Below, in pieces: positions 11,701 through 22,743 of a stretch of 64,000 nucleotides of DNA. Made by a program: the position numbers and the translations under genes. Under the pieces are notes generated by a model, which saw only the letters and a program-made list of their open reading frames with translations, was not told the origin of the DNA and made no database searches. Within the stretch, counting starts at the first letter, position 1. Every line of letters begins with the position of its first letter. This DNA is from Eledone cirrhosa (taxonomy: Eukaryota): assembly GCA_964016885.1 (NCBI GenBank), contig OZ024744.1, positions 80,972,001-81,036,000 of the forward strand. Reading direction: 5' to 3'.

Positions 11701-13043
11701 CGATATGACAGTAATGGTGTCGAGCACCTCGCAAATCGAGTAAGTTGGCACCTTACTGAAGGAATACGAAAGATTCACAGGAGTGAAGCTGAACCGGTAC
11801 AAGTCTGTCGGTTTGCAACTCGGATCGTGGAGAGGCAAACCGATGCCTTCCGATGGCGTCGTCGGACGCTGGACAGAGGGACCGGTGAAGCTGCTCGGGG
11901 TCTTGTTCGGACCGGACCTCCAGGTTGAGAAAAACTGGAACGAGGTGACGGCCAAGGTATTTGCACTCGCCCAGAAATGGGCCGAGTGCAAACTATCCTT
12001 GAAAGGTCGAGCGGAGGTGGCGAACGCTTTCATAGCGTCCGTCATCTACTACCGCTTGACCGTCGTGCCTTGTCCAAAATGGAGCGCATGCTCTTCCAAT
12101 TCCTTTGGCAGAGGTGGGCTTCTTTGGTGAGAAGATCCATCAGTTGTCAACACCCTTCAAACGGAGGGCTAGGGATGCTGTGGCTGACGCAAGTGCGACG
12201 ACACTCTCGGGGAAACTCTAGGCGTAGAGGAAGACGAACTGGCCAGTCTGTTTGGTAGGACCTTCCGCCCAGGACCGATGGACAACTTCCAAAAGTCCCT
12301 GGCCTGGCAGTGCTACCGAGGAGCTCTACCAGTTCGAGACAAGCTCTACAGACATGGGCGCCTGGGCAGGGACCCTGCAAAAAAGATCTGTCCGAGGTGC
12401 GTGCGAGACGAAGAAACCGTCGCGCACGCATTCATACACTGCCCGGGCGTCACTGACCTGTGGGGCTATGTAGAACGACTATTGTCTCGGGTGGGACCAA
12501 TCCAGTTGACCACCGAGTCCATTGTCATGATCAAACCGCCACCCTCCTTCAAAAACGAAGGAGAGGCGGTTTTCCTTTGTGTGATAGCTATGGTGAAAGA
12601 GGTTGTATGGTGGACAAGGTTGAAAGGGCTGAAGTCAGACACCTTTCTCTCCGGCCAACAACTGATTCTTTTTTTCAAATACCACTTTGGAAGAAGAATC
12701 AGGATGGAGAGAGAGGTGCTGTACCCCAGCAAGTTTTATGAAAGGTGGGTGAAAGTGGCGAGAATGGCCCGAGTGAATGGGCCTTCTCTCTATATCAGCC
12801 TGTAGGTTGAGGAAAAGGAGAAGGAGAGGAAAGGAGTACAAACTCTTTGTACTCCTGGAGATGAGGGTTGCACATTTTTTCGGGGGTATGTGTTACCCAT
12901 ATAAACTGTCTCCCCCTTTTGGGGAAAATCGACTAACTTTTTAAATTGCATTTGTGATAACATTTTACACGTTTTTATTGTATGTAAACTTCCCCCTTTG
13001 TATTTGTCCCCTTCTTTTGTGCCCCTGTAGCTAATAAAGAAAC
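8721..13043 (+). mobile_element. Decayed Tx1/L1-clade LINE (ORF1 zinc knuckle; ORF2 APE endonuclease + RT + C-terminal Zn motif)
   Basis: ORF1 has CYHCLSSGHLRASC. APE motifs are VYTP, GDWN, SYLDRFL and TDH. RT motifs are KSPGLDGLPYEFY, FRPITLLN, LDQSKAFNRV and RQGCPLS. C-terminus has CPRC..EETVAHAFIHC. AATAAA at 13033. Multiple stops and frameshifts. Confidence 0.92.
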
Positions 13044-13390
13044 ATATCTATCTATCTTTCTTTCCATCTATCTATCTCAAGGATTTGAAATGTTGATGTT
13101 GTGTAAGAACTGCTCTCTTTAACTTGTATATTGAAATAAACATCTTATATTCCTACATTTATGGTTTTTCTTGGCTATCTTCCCTGCCTTGAGAGATGTT
13201 TTTTTGTTGTTGTTGTTGTTGGTGGTGGTAGTGATGATGAGGTGTCTTATACTTTTAGTCAAAACAAAGCCTATTATATTCTAAGATATAAACACTTTTC
13301 TGTTTGTTAGTGGGGTAAGGTTTATATCACTCTATTACATGTTCCAGCAGACAGGTTGAAGCCAGATTGGAGCCTGCCATTTAAAAGGCT

Positions 13391-13508
13391 GCTTACAGCA
13401 CCTAGGTTTCCCAAACGGTCATCCATCTAACTACTAACTAGACTTGGTATTGCTTAACTTCGGTGATTAGACGAGAACTGGTGTTTTCAGCGTGATATGG
13501 CCGTAAAC
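13391..13508 (-). pseudogene. 5S rRNA pseudogene (or 5S-derived SINE head)
   Basis: Reverse strand reads GTTTACGGCCATATCACGCTGAAAACACCAGTTCTCGTCTAATCACCGAAGTTAAGCA...GGATGACCGTTTGGGAAACCTAGGTGCTGTAAGC. This is 118 nt, collinear with metazoan 5S but with many substitutions, and isolated. Confidence 0.85.
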
Positions 13509-13609
13509 AAATATTTTTTCTTTCTTTTCTTTTATCTACTTCCATGTACTAGTTTGGATGAATCTATCAACAAACAACCAACATTTAAAGGCCATCTTCA
13601 TAGCAATAG

Positions 13610-13850
13610 CGGGGGGTTAGCCCTGCAGACCCCATGACAAACTTTTCTATTTTTACCTAATATCTGAAAAGCCTCTGGCTTTCATTACCTCCTCTACTTT
13701 TAGCCATATCTTTCTTGGTTTCCATCTTCCTCTACTTCCTTCCACATTCATGTCTATCACTTCTCTTTCATCCAGTCACTATCATCTTTCCTCTACACAT
13801 GACCTAACCATCTCTTTTCCTTCCTCATCACATGACCCAACTATCTTATT
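13610..13850 (-). mobile_element. Old RTE 3' fragment
   Basis: Reverse strand gives RWLGHV..KDDSDW...VEGSRGR..PRKIW with frameshifts. Confidence 0.6.
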
Positions 13851-14064
13851 CTCTTCAAATTCATTAAAAAAAATTATACTTGTAATGCTGCTGACATTTG
13901 GTTTATCTCTGGCACCAGCAACCCAAGGACCAGCCCTGTAAAAAGGTTTCATCTATCCACTCATATTCTTTTTTCCATTGCCGTGTCTTAGAGGTCTTGC
14001 AATGATGTTCTTCATAATATTTCTTCATTCCTGTTATGATCATAGTATAAAAATCTCACGCTCT

Positions 14065-14560
14065 TTAATGAAGAAGAGAGGTAGGCGTAAAAGCCAAACT
14101 CGCTATCTTCAATTCGGTTTTCGAACCGACCCTTACCTATAGTCATGAATCTTGGGTAATGTCCGAAAGAAAAAGATCATGAATACAAGTGGCCAAAATG
14201 GGATTCGAAGGGTCTTTAGAGTAATGTTACTTAATAAAATGTAAAACTTGGAGATCAGAGAGTCATTCCAGGTAGAGCTGCTACTTCTCCAAATTGAGAG
14301 ATCACAGCTCTGATACTATGGGCATGTGGTTAGAATGTCTCAGGAGAGAATTACTGGACAAAACCAACTGGTAAGAGACGTAGGGGTTAAACCCTAAGCA
14401 AGATGTTTGGACAACATCCATGTGCTTCACTGGTCTCACTTGGAGATCCAGCTGGATCAGTTAGAGACGGGTGCTTCTGACAGGACCCGCTGGAGGAGTG
14501 TTTGAGGACTCAGTCTCCTCGACCCCCTCAGAAATAAGTGGGTGAAGAAGAAGAGAAGAA
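14065..14560 (+). mobile_element. RTE (family B) 3' fragment
   Basis: Homologous to 2833-3314 (PTLTYSHESWVMSER) with (GAA) tail. Confidence 0.8.
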
Positions 14561-14864
14561 GCCTGTAATGAAAGTTGTCAAACAGTTTGGGGATTTTTTT
14601 ACAGTTTTTTTAGTACCATTGATAATACAAGCAGATCTTGATGTTGGTAGTTGAGGTTTTGTATATTCTCTCTGGTCCCTAAACTGCTGATTTCCTCTGT
14701 AAAATTGGAAAGACAGCAGCCTGCCTGAGGAAGGGGCTGTGTGATGTAGGGGTTAGAGTCTGTTGCACCATCCTCACTTTGCTTTTCTTTTATTGTTTAA
14801 TTCATTTTTTATTCTCTCCCTTCTCCTTCTTTCCTGTTTCCTTATTGCCATCTTTGACATTAGT

Positions 14865-15350
14865 CATCATCATCATCATCATCACCGTTTTACGTCCGTT
14901 CTTCCACGCTAGCATGGGTTAGACGGGTTGTCCTGTTGTGTGCAGTGTCTGGTCGGCTGACCATGCCTTGCTCATACAGGAACTGATCTGGCTTGATTTC
15001 TACAGCTGGATGCCCTTCCTAACACCAACCTCATTTACAGTGAGTGCTGGGTGCTTTTTCGTGGCGCCTACACGTCCACTTTACAGTGTGGGCTGGGTGC
15101 TTTTTTGCCGTGGCACCTCCACGACCACCTTGCGGTGGGGGGGGGGGGGGCATATTGTTTATATGCTTCAGCATGTACCCATGGGAGGTCGGGTACTCTG
15201 TATTACTGCGTGACGCCAGAAGTCACGGTCGTGTGTCATTGTCTTTGAGAGGTGTAATTGGGTAAGGTCGGCTTTTATCACCTCATCCCAGGTCATCTTG
15301 GGTCTCCCCACTCCGCGGTTTCCATCAACTTCTAGTGCTCTGCACCTTTT
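14865..15350 (-). mobile_element. RTE 3' end (ORF end + 3' UTR + (GAT)n tail)
   Basis: GTRGVGRPKMTWDEVIKADLTQLHLSKTMTHDRDFWR on the minus strand. Related to family A and to 63526-63909. Confidence 0.85.
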
Positions 15351-15474
15351 TAGTATTTATCACATTTTCTCTTTAATTCAATAAACTTTAAATTCCCTTT
15401 TAGGGAGGAAAGAAAAAAATACAACAGAAAACCTTTTAACTTTTTTTTTTAATGTTGGCCTCCCTCAAAAATTA

Positions 15475-17102
15475 CACTGGTCAACACGTATTTTTCATCA
15501 AGCATATGTCAAGGTGTACTTAGTGTAGTTTTTAATGCTGATTTCTATGAAGAATAAACACAAAATTGTGTATCCCAATTTGGATTTTGCAATGAGACCT
15601 GTGCCTCACAATGGAAGTCTGCCAATTCCAGTTCCACCAAATGATGGTATTGAAACATCAGATGGTGATGCTGACTGTCACAATAGTGCTGCTGAGGAAG
15701 ATTATGTGGCTGATGATGATAGCTTTGGACCTCAGAAATTTTCCCAAATAGAACTGAATAACCTTGTCAGAGACCTATCCCTCTCAAAAGATAAAGCAGA
15801 ACTGTTGGCATCAAGACTGAAGGAGAAGTATCTGCTAGAGCACGGTGTTCATATAACTTATTTTCGGCAGAGAAATGTGGTTCTACAAACGTGTTTTTCT
15901 CCTGAAGGCCCACTTTGCTTTTGCAGTAACATCAATGGACTTTTCGAATGTTTATCACAAAATCCATAATGGTAATTTGAAGCCCTCCATTCCTATTGCG
16001 CATTCTGTTCATTTTCATGAATCATATGAGAATATTACTTTTACTTCATGCCATTGCCTATTAAAGATACTCATGGAAAATATGTGGGGATTTAAAAGTC
16101 ATTGGAATGTTAATGGGAATGCAATCAAGTTTCACAAAATACTGTTGTTTCTTGAGTCTATGGTATAGTCAGGCAACTGACAAACATTATTCAGAATAAA
16201 ACTGGCAGACAAGAACATATTACCAGCCAGGATTGTCTAGCGTCAAGAATATACCTCTTGTAGATCCATGTAATGTCTTATTGCCTCTTTTGCACATAAA
16301 GTTTGGACTGATGAAACAGTTTGTAAAGACACTAGGGAAGAGAAATGCCAGAGGATTTGAGTATATTGTAGAAAAGTTTCCCAAAATCACAGAGGCGTAG
16401 TTGAAAGAGGGTACCTTTGTTGGACCCAAATTAGAGAAGTACTCAAAGATGTCAACTTCAAGACAACACTGGATGAACTGGAACTGCCTGGAATGCTTTC
16501 GATTGGATCTGTGAGAATTTATTGGGCAACAAGAAGGCAATGGACTACAAGGATGGCATCAAGAATCTTCTGAAATGTTACTCAGCAATGGATTGTCGCA
16601 TGTCACTGAAAGTTCACTTCTTGGACTCCCATCTGGATTTTTTGCAGATAACCTTGGAGCAGTGTCTGATGAACATTAGTGCTATGGAGAAACGGTTTCA
16701 AGGCTTCTGGAATGACAGTATGCTGGCTGACCACTGCTGGACACTTTACTGTGATCAACCAGATCAGGAACACCGCTGGAAATCCAAATCACAATGTTTC
16801 TAACTCTGTTATTCTATCTTTGTCTGTTTTGTCTGACCCATTTTTGTGTATTCACTCTTTGTAGAATGATAGTGATAATTTTTAACTCAATAAACTCATT
16901 TACTTTCTAAAAATAATAAGTCCTTCTTTATTACATTAATGATTTCATATATACAAATATGTAAATATTTGCATGTATCTACTGAAAAACTGGTACGTGA
17001 TGCATACAAATGGAGTGAAATTTTGAAATCAGCGTGAAAAATTAGTCTAAAAAAGTTGGTTTGCATTCATGAGTACAATACAGTTAATTTTATTGACCAG
17101 TG
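15475..17102 (+). mobile_element. Chapaev3-like (CMC) DNA transposon, internally deleted, pseudogenised transposase
   Basis: TIRs CACTGGTCAA / TTGACCAGTG with 3-bp TTA TSD. Transposase pieces IVYPNLD..RPVPH, ELNNLVRDLSLSKDKAELLASRL, LHIKFGLMKQFVK and MSLKVHFLDSHLD. Confidence 0.85.
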
Positions 17103-17523
17103 TTATTAGAGGGAAACTCTTTGTGACGTATTATTTAGTGTGTGGGTCGTCTCCCTTGTCTTTTTTTAAAACAACCCACTTAACAAAATATAAAATAGAC
17201 GACAAAGATTAATTATATATATTTAGTTAGAAATCTGTGTAACCAAGTTATATGTTATTGTATGGTTTTATATTATTTTCATTTCTAATACAGATGTCAG
17301 GTTTTGGACTAAAATACAATCGACTTCCTGGGGTAGTCCCATCTAGCCCTAAGGAAGTGGAGGGCGATAACGACTATAGTCGGAGATGTTTAATTTAGGC
17401 ATAAATAAAATAAACACGAACCATAAAGTTAGTGGTATTCCCCAATTTTCAGTAATGTTAAGAGTAGTATATGTGAAGTGAATGCGCGCGGATTAGTGTC
17501 GACTGGCAACCAAGGTCACTTAC

Positions 17524-17718
17524 TAAACGATCTTATGCCATTCAGTATGCGTGTTAGCCGTAAGCACATCCAAGGTTTTTGATCTGCACACAAACTCTTG
17601 CTTCTTCTTTCATACACATGACTACGAGATTTACGACTCGGGCTTTCAATTAAAATAATTTAGTAGTATGGCAGTTTTGTTCTGGAAAGGTCTGGATCTC
17701 CAAGGAAAGACGATTTTT
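17524..17718 (-). other. Candidate exon (UTR plus possible start MCLRLTRILNGIRSF)
   Basis: Perfect branch point TACTAAC plus cgacctgccttccag acceptor, and a |gtaagt donor, on the minus strand. Unique CpG-containing DNA. Confidence 0.35.
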
Positions 17719-17916
17719 CTGGAAGGCAGGTCGGTTAGTACTAGATATAAGTAGTAGCCAAAGCACTACTTTTGAGATTAGTAAACGGTTTAAATAACTC
17801 AGCTGTCTTTTCTGGAACACTCTCAGCTCAAGAATTGGGGATGCCTTGTTATTCCCTACTATCGTGGAGAAGTTGGCCACGTGCAGGAGTGAGCCGCGCG
17901 AGTTGGAATGGCTAAC

Positions 17917-18006
17917 TCAAACCGCGTCTCCTTTGCTATCTTCTTCCGAGGCAACGCTATGTCCATTTTGTCCGCTGGGACCAGGTGGAGGATTGAGCCT
18001 GGAGTT
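17917..18006 (-). other. Candidate exon (NSRLNPPPGPSGQNGHSVASEEDSKGDAV*)
   Basis: Acceptor ctctctttggtgtgcag|. In phase with the 18966-19087 candidate. No recognisable domain. Confidence 0.25.
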
Positions 18007-18123
18007 CTGCACACCAAAGAGAGTTCCCTACCCCCGCAACGTTCGGGCTTGTATTATTGGAGGAAGCAAAGTTTGAACACTTATATTTTCATCACACGAC
18101 CGATCTGTTACACACACGCACAC

Positions 18124-18310
18124 GGTGGATTGGCAGTATCGGTAGAGAGTCGGACACCATGCTTTGAAGCATAGAGTTACGTCCCTTTATGATCTGTGTT
18201 CAAATCCCGCTGAGGTTAACTTTGCCTTTCATCCTTACGGGGTCGATAAAATAAAGTACCAGTAATGTACTGGATAATTGGTGGCCTTGTGCCAAAAATA
18301 GAAACAATTA
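18124..18310 (+). mobile_element. tRNA-derived SINE, near full length
   Basis: GGTGGATTGGCAGTATCGGTAGAG (A-box-like), GTTCAAATCC (B-box), GCCTTTCATCCTTACGGGGTCGATAAAATAAAGTACC core. Confidence 0.85.
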
Positions 18311-18965
18311 TATCTTCTAGTTGTGCGATCAACGAAATAGCATACTCTTGAAACACTCAGAAAATGATACTTCTTAAAAGTACAATCGAGAGCTTTGCAA
18401 AATCGAGATAAAAACTCTACAGGCAATGAATGCATTAGCGGAAAGATATCCGATATGTTTTGAAAACAACGAAACTGTTCTTCCCATACTCGCTCAGTGT
18501 TCGAGTATTATTGTTTGTCTTGCGGAATTATGTCAAACAGCTGTTATTGCACATGAGACCGATATGGCTCTAACAAAAGAAGTTGATAATGTGAACATGT
18601 TTGAAAGGTCTGGATGGAGACGTGCTATTTTTCCCTCCGACCAAACATAACAATCAACTTCGTCAATTACCATTTGAAGTCCTGTCATTTAGTAAATTAG
18701 CACAAAGGTGAATAATGAGTTGCGAGTTTTGCTTGACAGACTGGATGATTCTTCAATTTCCGCCAGCAGATACACAAGTGCCAATACCACATACACACAC
18801 ACAAACATACATACACATAAACACACACACGTGCGCGCGCGCACACACACACATATATAGAGTGAGATATATATATAGATATAGATAGAGAGAGATATAT
18901 GTGTATGTTGCATCTATATGTATATATGTGTCTGCGTGTGTACACACAGATAAGAGAGATATTAC

Positions 18966-19087
18966 CTTAATTATGCTGTTATTTAGGGATAATTGTTTCT
19001 TTGGCAGCCAATTTCGGATTTTACCCCCGAAACAGGCTGCACCACAACTCATCTCACGGATTGAGTGCTCTTCCAACTTTTGATATC
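18966..19087 (-). other. Candidate exon (..YQKLEEHSIREMSCGAACFGGKIRNWLPKKQLSLNNSIIK)
   Basis: Open frame ending in an AAG|gtaata donor. The acceptor is weak. Confidence 0.2.
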
Positions 19088-19279
19088 CTTACACTATACT
19101 ATGCAACACATACATTCACACACATGCATATATAGTTAATAAATGAAACAAACAAAACACAGGAGGCAATTTTACATTTATATTAGGTTCATATATATAA
19201 TGAATAAAACATAACCTTGATTAAATAACATTAAATTATTTAATATATTGAATTTCGATCTTGCATTTATTATTACTAT

Positions 19280-19430
19280 TGGATTGGTAGTATCAGTAGA
19301 GGATCGCACGCCATGCTTTGACGCATAGAGTTATGGGCCTTGTCATTCTGAGTTCAAATCCCCGCCGAGGTTAACTTTGCCTTTCATCCTTATGGGGTCG
19401 ATAAAATAAAGAACCAGTAATGTACTGTGT
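19280..19430 (+). mobile_element. tRNA-derived SINE
   Basis: Same family as 18124-18310. Confidence 0.8.
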
Positions 19431-19895
19431 AATTGATATATATATAAAACGTTCAAACATGTTAACTCAAAACACAACCATTTGAGCAGAGTATAACATT
19501 TATTTTGAAGTTTCGATAGATGTTTAATGAACCCTAGAAGAGACATTCGCCGAAACTTCCAAGTCAAAGAAACAATGTGTTGAAATTAATGCATGCAAAA
19601 TTTCACAGCCCTAGCATCTCTCCTTCATAGTCAGCCTATGAACTTCTCAGCCGACCCTTATATATATATATATAACGAAGGAATTGGGGTAAGGAACCAG
19701 ATGGACCATAATGCACCAAAGTACTCAATACTTAGTGTAGTAGAGTGGGTAATAAGAACAAGTATGACCCCGACGACAGAGCTCTGCCGTCGGGGCCATA
19801 CTTGTTCCTATATATATATTTATATATAGTGAAGTATTTCCGTAGGAAAGGTAAAGGAAAAGAGAGTGCTCTATGTAGGCTACAGAGCTTTTTAG

Positions 19896-20085
19896 TTATG
19901 TAATAAACAACATAAGATAATTATTTCATTTACCAGTGGTTCCTTGAAGACAGATATTTATATTTGTCTTCATTCATCAGAAAGAAGGATATTATTTTTT
20001 CTGATGACTGAAGACAGACATAAATATTTGTCTTCAAGAAACCACTGGTTAATGAAATAATTATCTTATGTTGTTTATTACATAA
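19896..20085. mobile_element. Imperfect inverted repeat, Penelope-like pseudo-LTR remnant with hammerhead cores
   Basis: Arms are reverse complements. The + strand has CTGATGA(20001)-stem-GAAACCACTGGTT. The mirror copy has GGAA and a GUA triplet. Confidence 0.65.
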
Positions 20086-20090
20086 ATAAA

Positions 20091-20142
<52 letters not shown>

Positions 20143-20148
<6 letters not shown>

Positions 20149-20613
20149 ATTAAATAAATGGAAAACTATATTTATAAAACCATATTTATTTCATTATATA
20201 TATTTCGGGGATATCATATTAACAATATGCTATGCCTTCATCAGACAAAATACAATATAAACAGTTTTATAGATAAATATATTCGACATACCGTAATAAA
20301 CATCAACTTCATTTGAAGAGGTTCACTCTAGCAGTGACTGCTAGAGTGAACCTCTTCAAATGAAGTTGATGTTTATTACGGTATGTCGAATATATTTATC
20401 TATAAAACTGTTTATATTGTATTTTGTCTGATGAAGGCATAGCATATTGTTAATATGATATCCCCGAAATATATATAATGAAATAAATATGGTTTTATAA
20501 ATATAGTTTTCCATTTATTTAATATTGTAAATATACTCCAAGTATTTGTCGAGTGCTTTTATATCAGTTATAAATATTTACTAGTTGTAACCCAACAATT
20601 TTAAATATAACTT

Positions 20614-20618
<5 letters not shown>
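20143..20618. mobile_element. Penelope-like inverted pseudo-LTR pair (perfect 193-bp-arm palindrome 20143-20529) plus tail, in (TA)n
   Basis: Palindrome centred on G20336. Contains a hammerhead core. Flanked by (TA)n on both sides. Confidence 0.7.
20420..20485 (+). ncRNA. Minimal type I hammerhead ribozyme (mirror copy on minus strand 20187-20252)
   Basis: P1 TATTTTGT/ATGAAATA, core CTGATGA...GAAA, palindromic TATATA stem III, AUA cleavage triplet. Stem II is partly mismatched. Confidence 0.6.
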
Positions 20619-20650
<32 letters not shown>

Positions 20651-21783
20651 CTCATAGGTTACTTTAATCCTAATTTATTTTTATTCTCCTTCATCCTCGG
20701 ATCGATAAAATATTAAGTACCAATTAAGTAGTGGGAATAAAAGTAGAATCCGAGGAAATTAGTGACTGTTCTGCTTCGGCAAAAAAAGAAAAAGTCAGTC
20801 ACAGAAATAGAATATACTTTATTCTGTTGTTTGAATTACGAGCCAAGTACTAGGGTCAATAAAACAATACGTGGCCTTGTGCCTATGTCGAAAGCAAGTG
20901 TAGTGGTTATAATATTCTCAAAGCTAAGGAAATGATGGTGATTATCTTACGATTATCTCCTGAATAATAAAACAGCACAGATTTAAAAAAAACAACAACT
21001 AATCACGCAATTATCTCCCTTAGACTTTTAGTGTCACACGTTAAACGTCTCTCTTTCTCTCTCTATCTAGCTATCTCTTACACACACACATACATAGAAA
21101 GTTACATATACGAGCACACTCATACATAGAAATACATACACACACAAACATACAAACATACAAACATATATAACAGCATACACAGATAGATACATATACA
21201 CACACACACGTGGCATTTCACACTGTCATATTATTATTATTAAATAAATAATAAAAAAACCATTATTATTATTACTAAATTTGCTGGCCTTGTGCCAAAA
21301 GTAGAAAATTATTAGCATTACCACTATTATTGATTTTTTAAATATATCTTTATTATTTATATAATGCAATATTAAATAAAAACAATGCAATATTATGTTT
21401 GAAGTTTTTATTTTTCTATTTATTAAAATTCAAGGAAAGAAAAAAAAATTAATGTGTATGAAAATGAATATAAATTCTAAAATATATTTATCGGTTAGTT
21501 ATAATTATGAATATCAATCGTAATAATAAATAATATTAATAATAATAAATAATATTATCTTAATTGTTTTTATTTTTTGTGTTTTATGTGGGGAAGTTTT
21601 AAAAAAAATAATAAATACTACTAGTAATAATGCTGATAAATATCCGAAAGTTAGCGTATGACGGCATGCAGAGCAAGAAGTATTTCTACTAAGGTATCTT
21701 TCAAGAATGAGACTTTCTAACTGAATAAGTGATCCAATGAGAATTTCGATAATTCGTGTGTTGAGGGATTGTTTTTTAAAAAA

Positions 21784-21815
21784 ATGGCGAATAGTGTGCT
21801 CTCGGAGAAAGGCTG
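21784..21815 (+). CDS. Probable first coding exon of an unidentified host gene (MANSVLSEKG, phase 2)
   Basis: AAAAATGGCG start context, consensus donor G|GTAAGT at 21816, and CpG-containing unique leader at ~21630-21783. No downstream exon identified in the window. Confidence 0.5.
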
Positions 21816-22356
21816 GTAAGTGTTTTATCGTAATAATAACCGGCTTTTTGTAACTAGTTCCATAATTATTTAACATATTTACAAAGCCAAACGTTACAAA
21901 TTGACATTGCATTCATTTTTTTTTTTTTTTAAATCTCTTTTGTTGTAAATTTGAATTAGAAATATTCATGCATATTATTGTTACAATATAATTTACCGAT
22001 GTCGGCTTTTCTTAGTTCACTCACTGCTCTCGTCCCTAGCATACTATATATATATATATATATTTATTATATTATATTATATACACACATAATATTATAT
22101 ACATATATATGATTCGTTTTTGCTAAGTTTATCGCTTCATTTCTCTATCTAAACATTACTTGAAGGAATAGCATTCATTTTATACAACAAAATATAACAA
22201 TTATTTTTATTATTATTATTATTATTTGGCATTATTTATTGGCTGCGTAATTTAAAGCAGAAATAAAACTATAGCCGGATAAAATTACATAAGTCTTTAT
22301 TTTTCTATACATGTGTTGTCAATCAAAATCGAAAATCTACTCGTCCCCTTTTTGAT

Positions 22357-22389
<33 letters not shown>

Positions 22390-22656
22390 TCATTACTTCA
22401 TTACTCTGCACAAAATCTTTGCTACCCATCTTAATATAGATAACAGAACTTTTTTTATTTATATATATATCGACTTCTCAAAGTGAAGAGATGGGGAGGA
22501 GTGGGGTGGCTTTCTTCTTTTAAACACCATTTAATCAATTTTGGTATTTAGTGAAGCAGAAGAGGAAAGGCCGCAAAAGAGATATTTAGCTTCCTATTCA
22601 GCTTCATATTCTCAAATAACCATTAATTGATGCTGTTGTATGTTATCTATCTATGT

Positions 22657-22701
22657 ATATATATATGAATGCATTGTAATGTATATAATATATGTAATTA
22701 A

Positions 22702-22743
<42 letters not shown>

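Noticed and set aside
21514-21912. 132-aa minus-strand ORF
   Set aside because: AT-rich low-complexity ends and no domain. It lies antisense to the better-supported + first exon.
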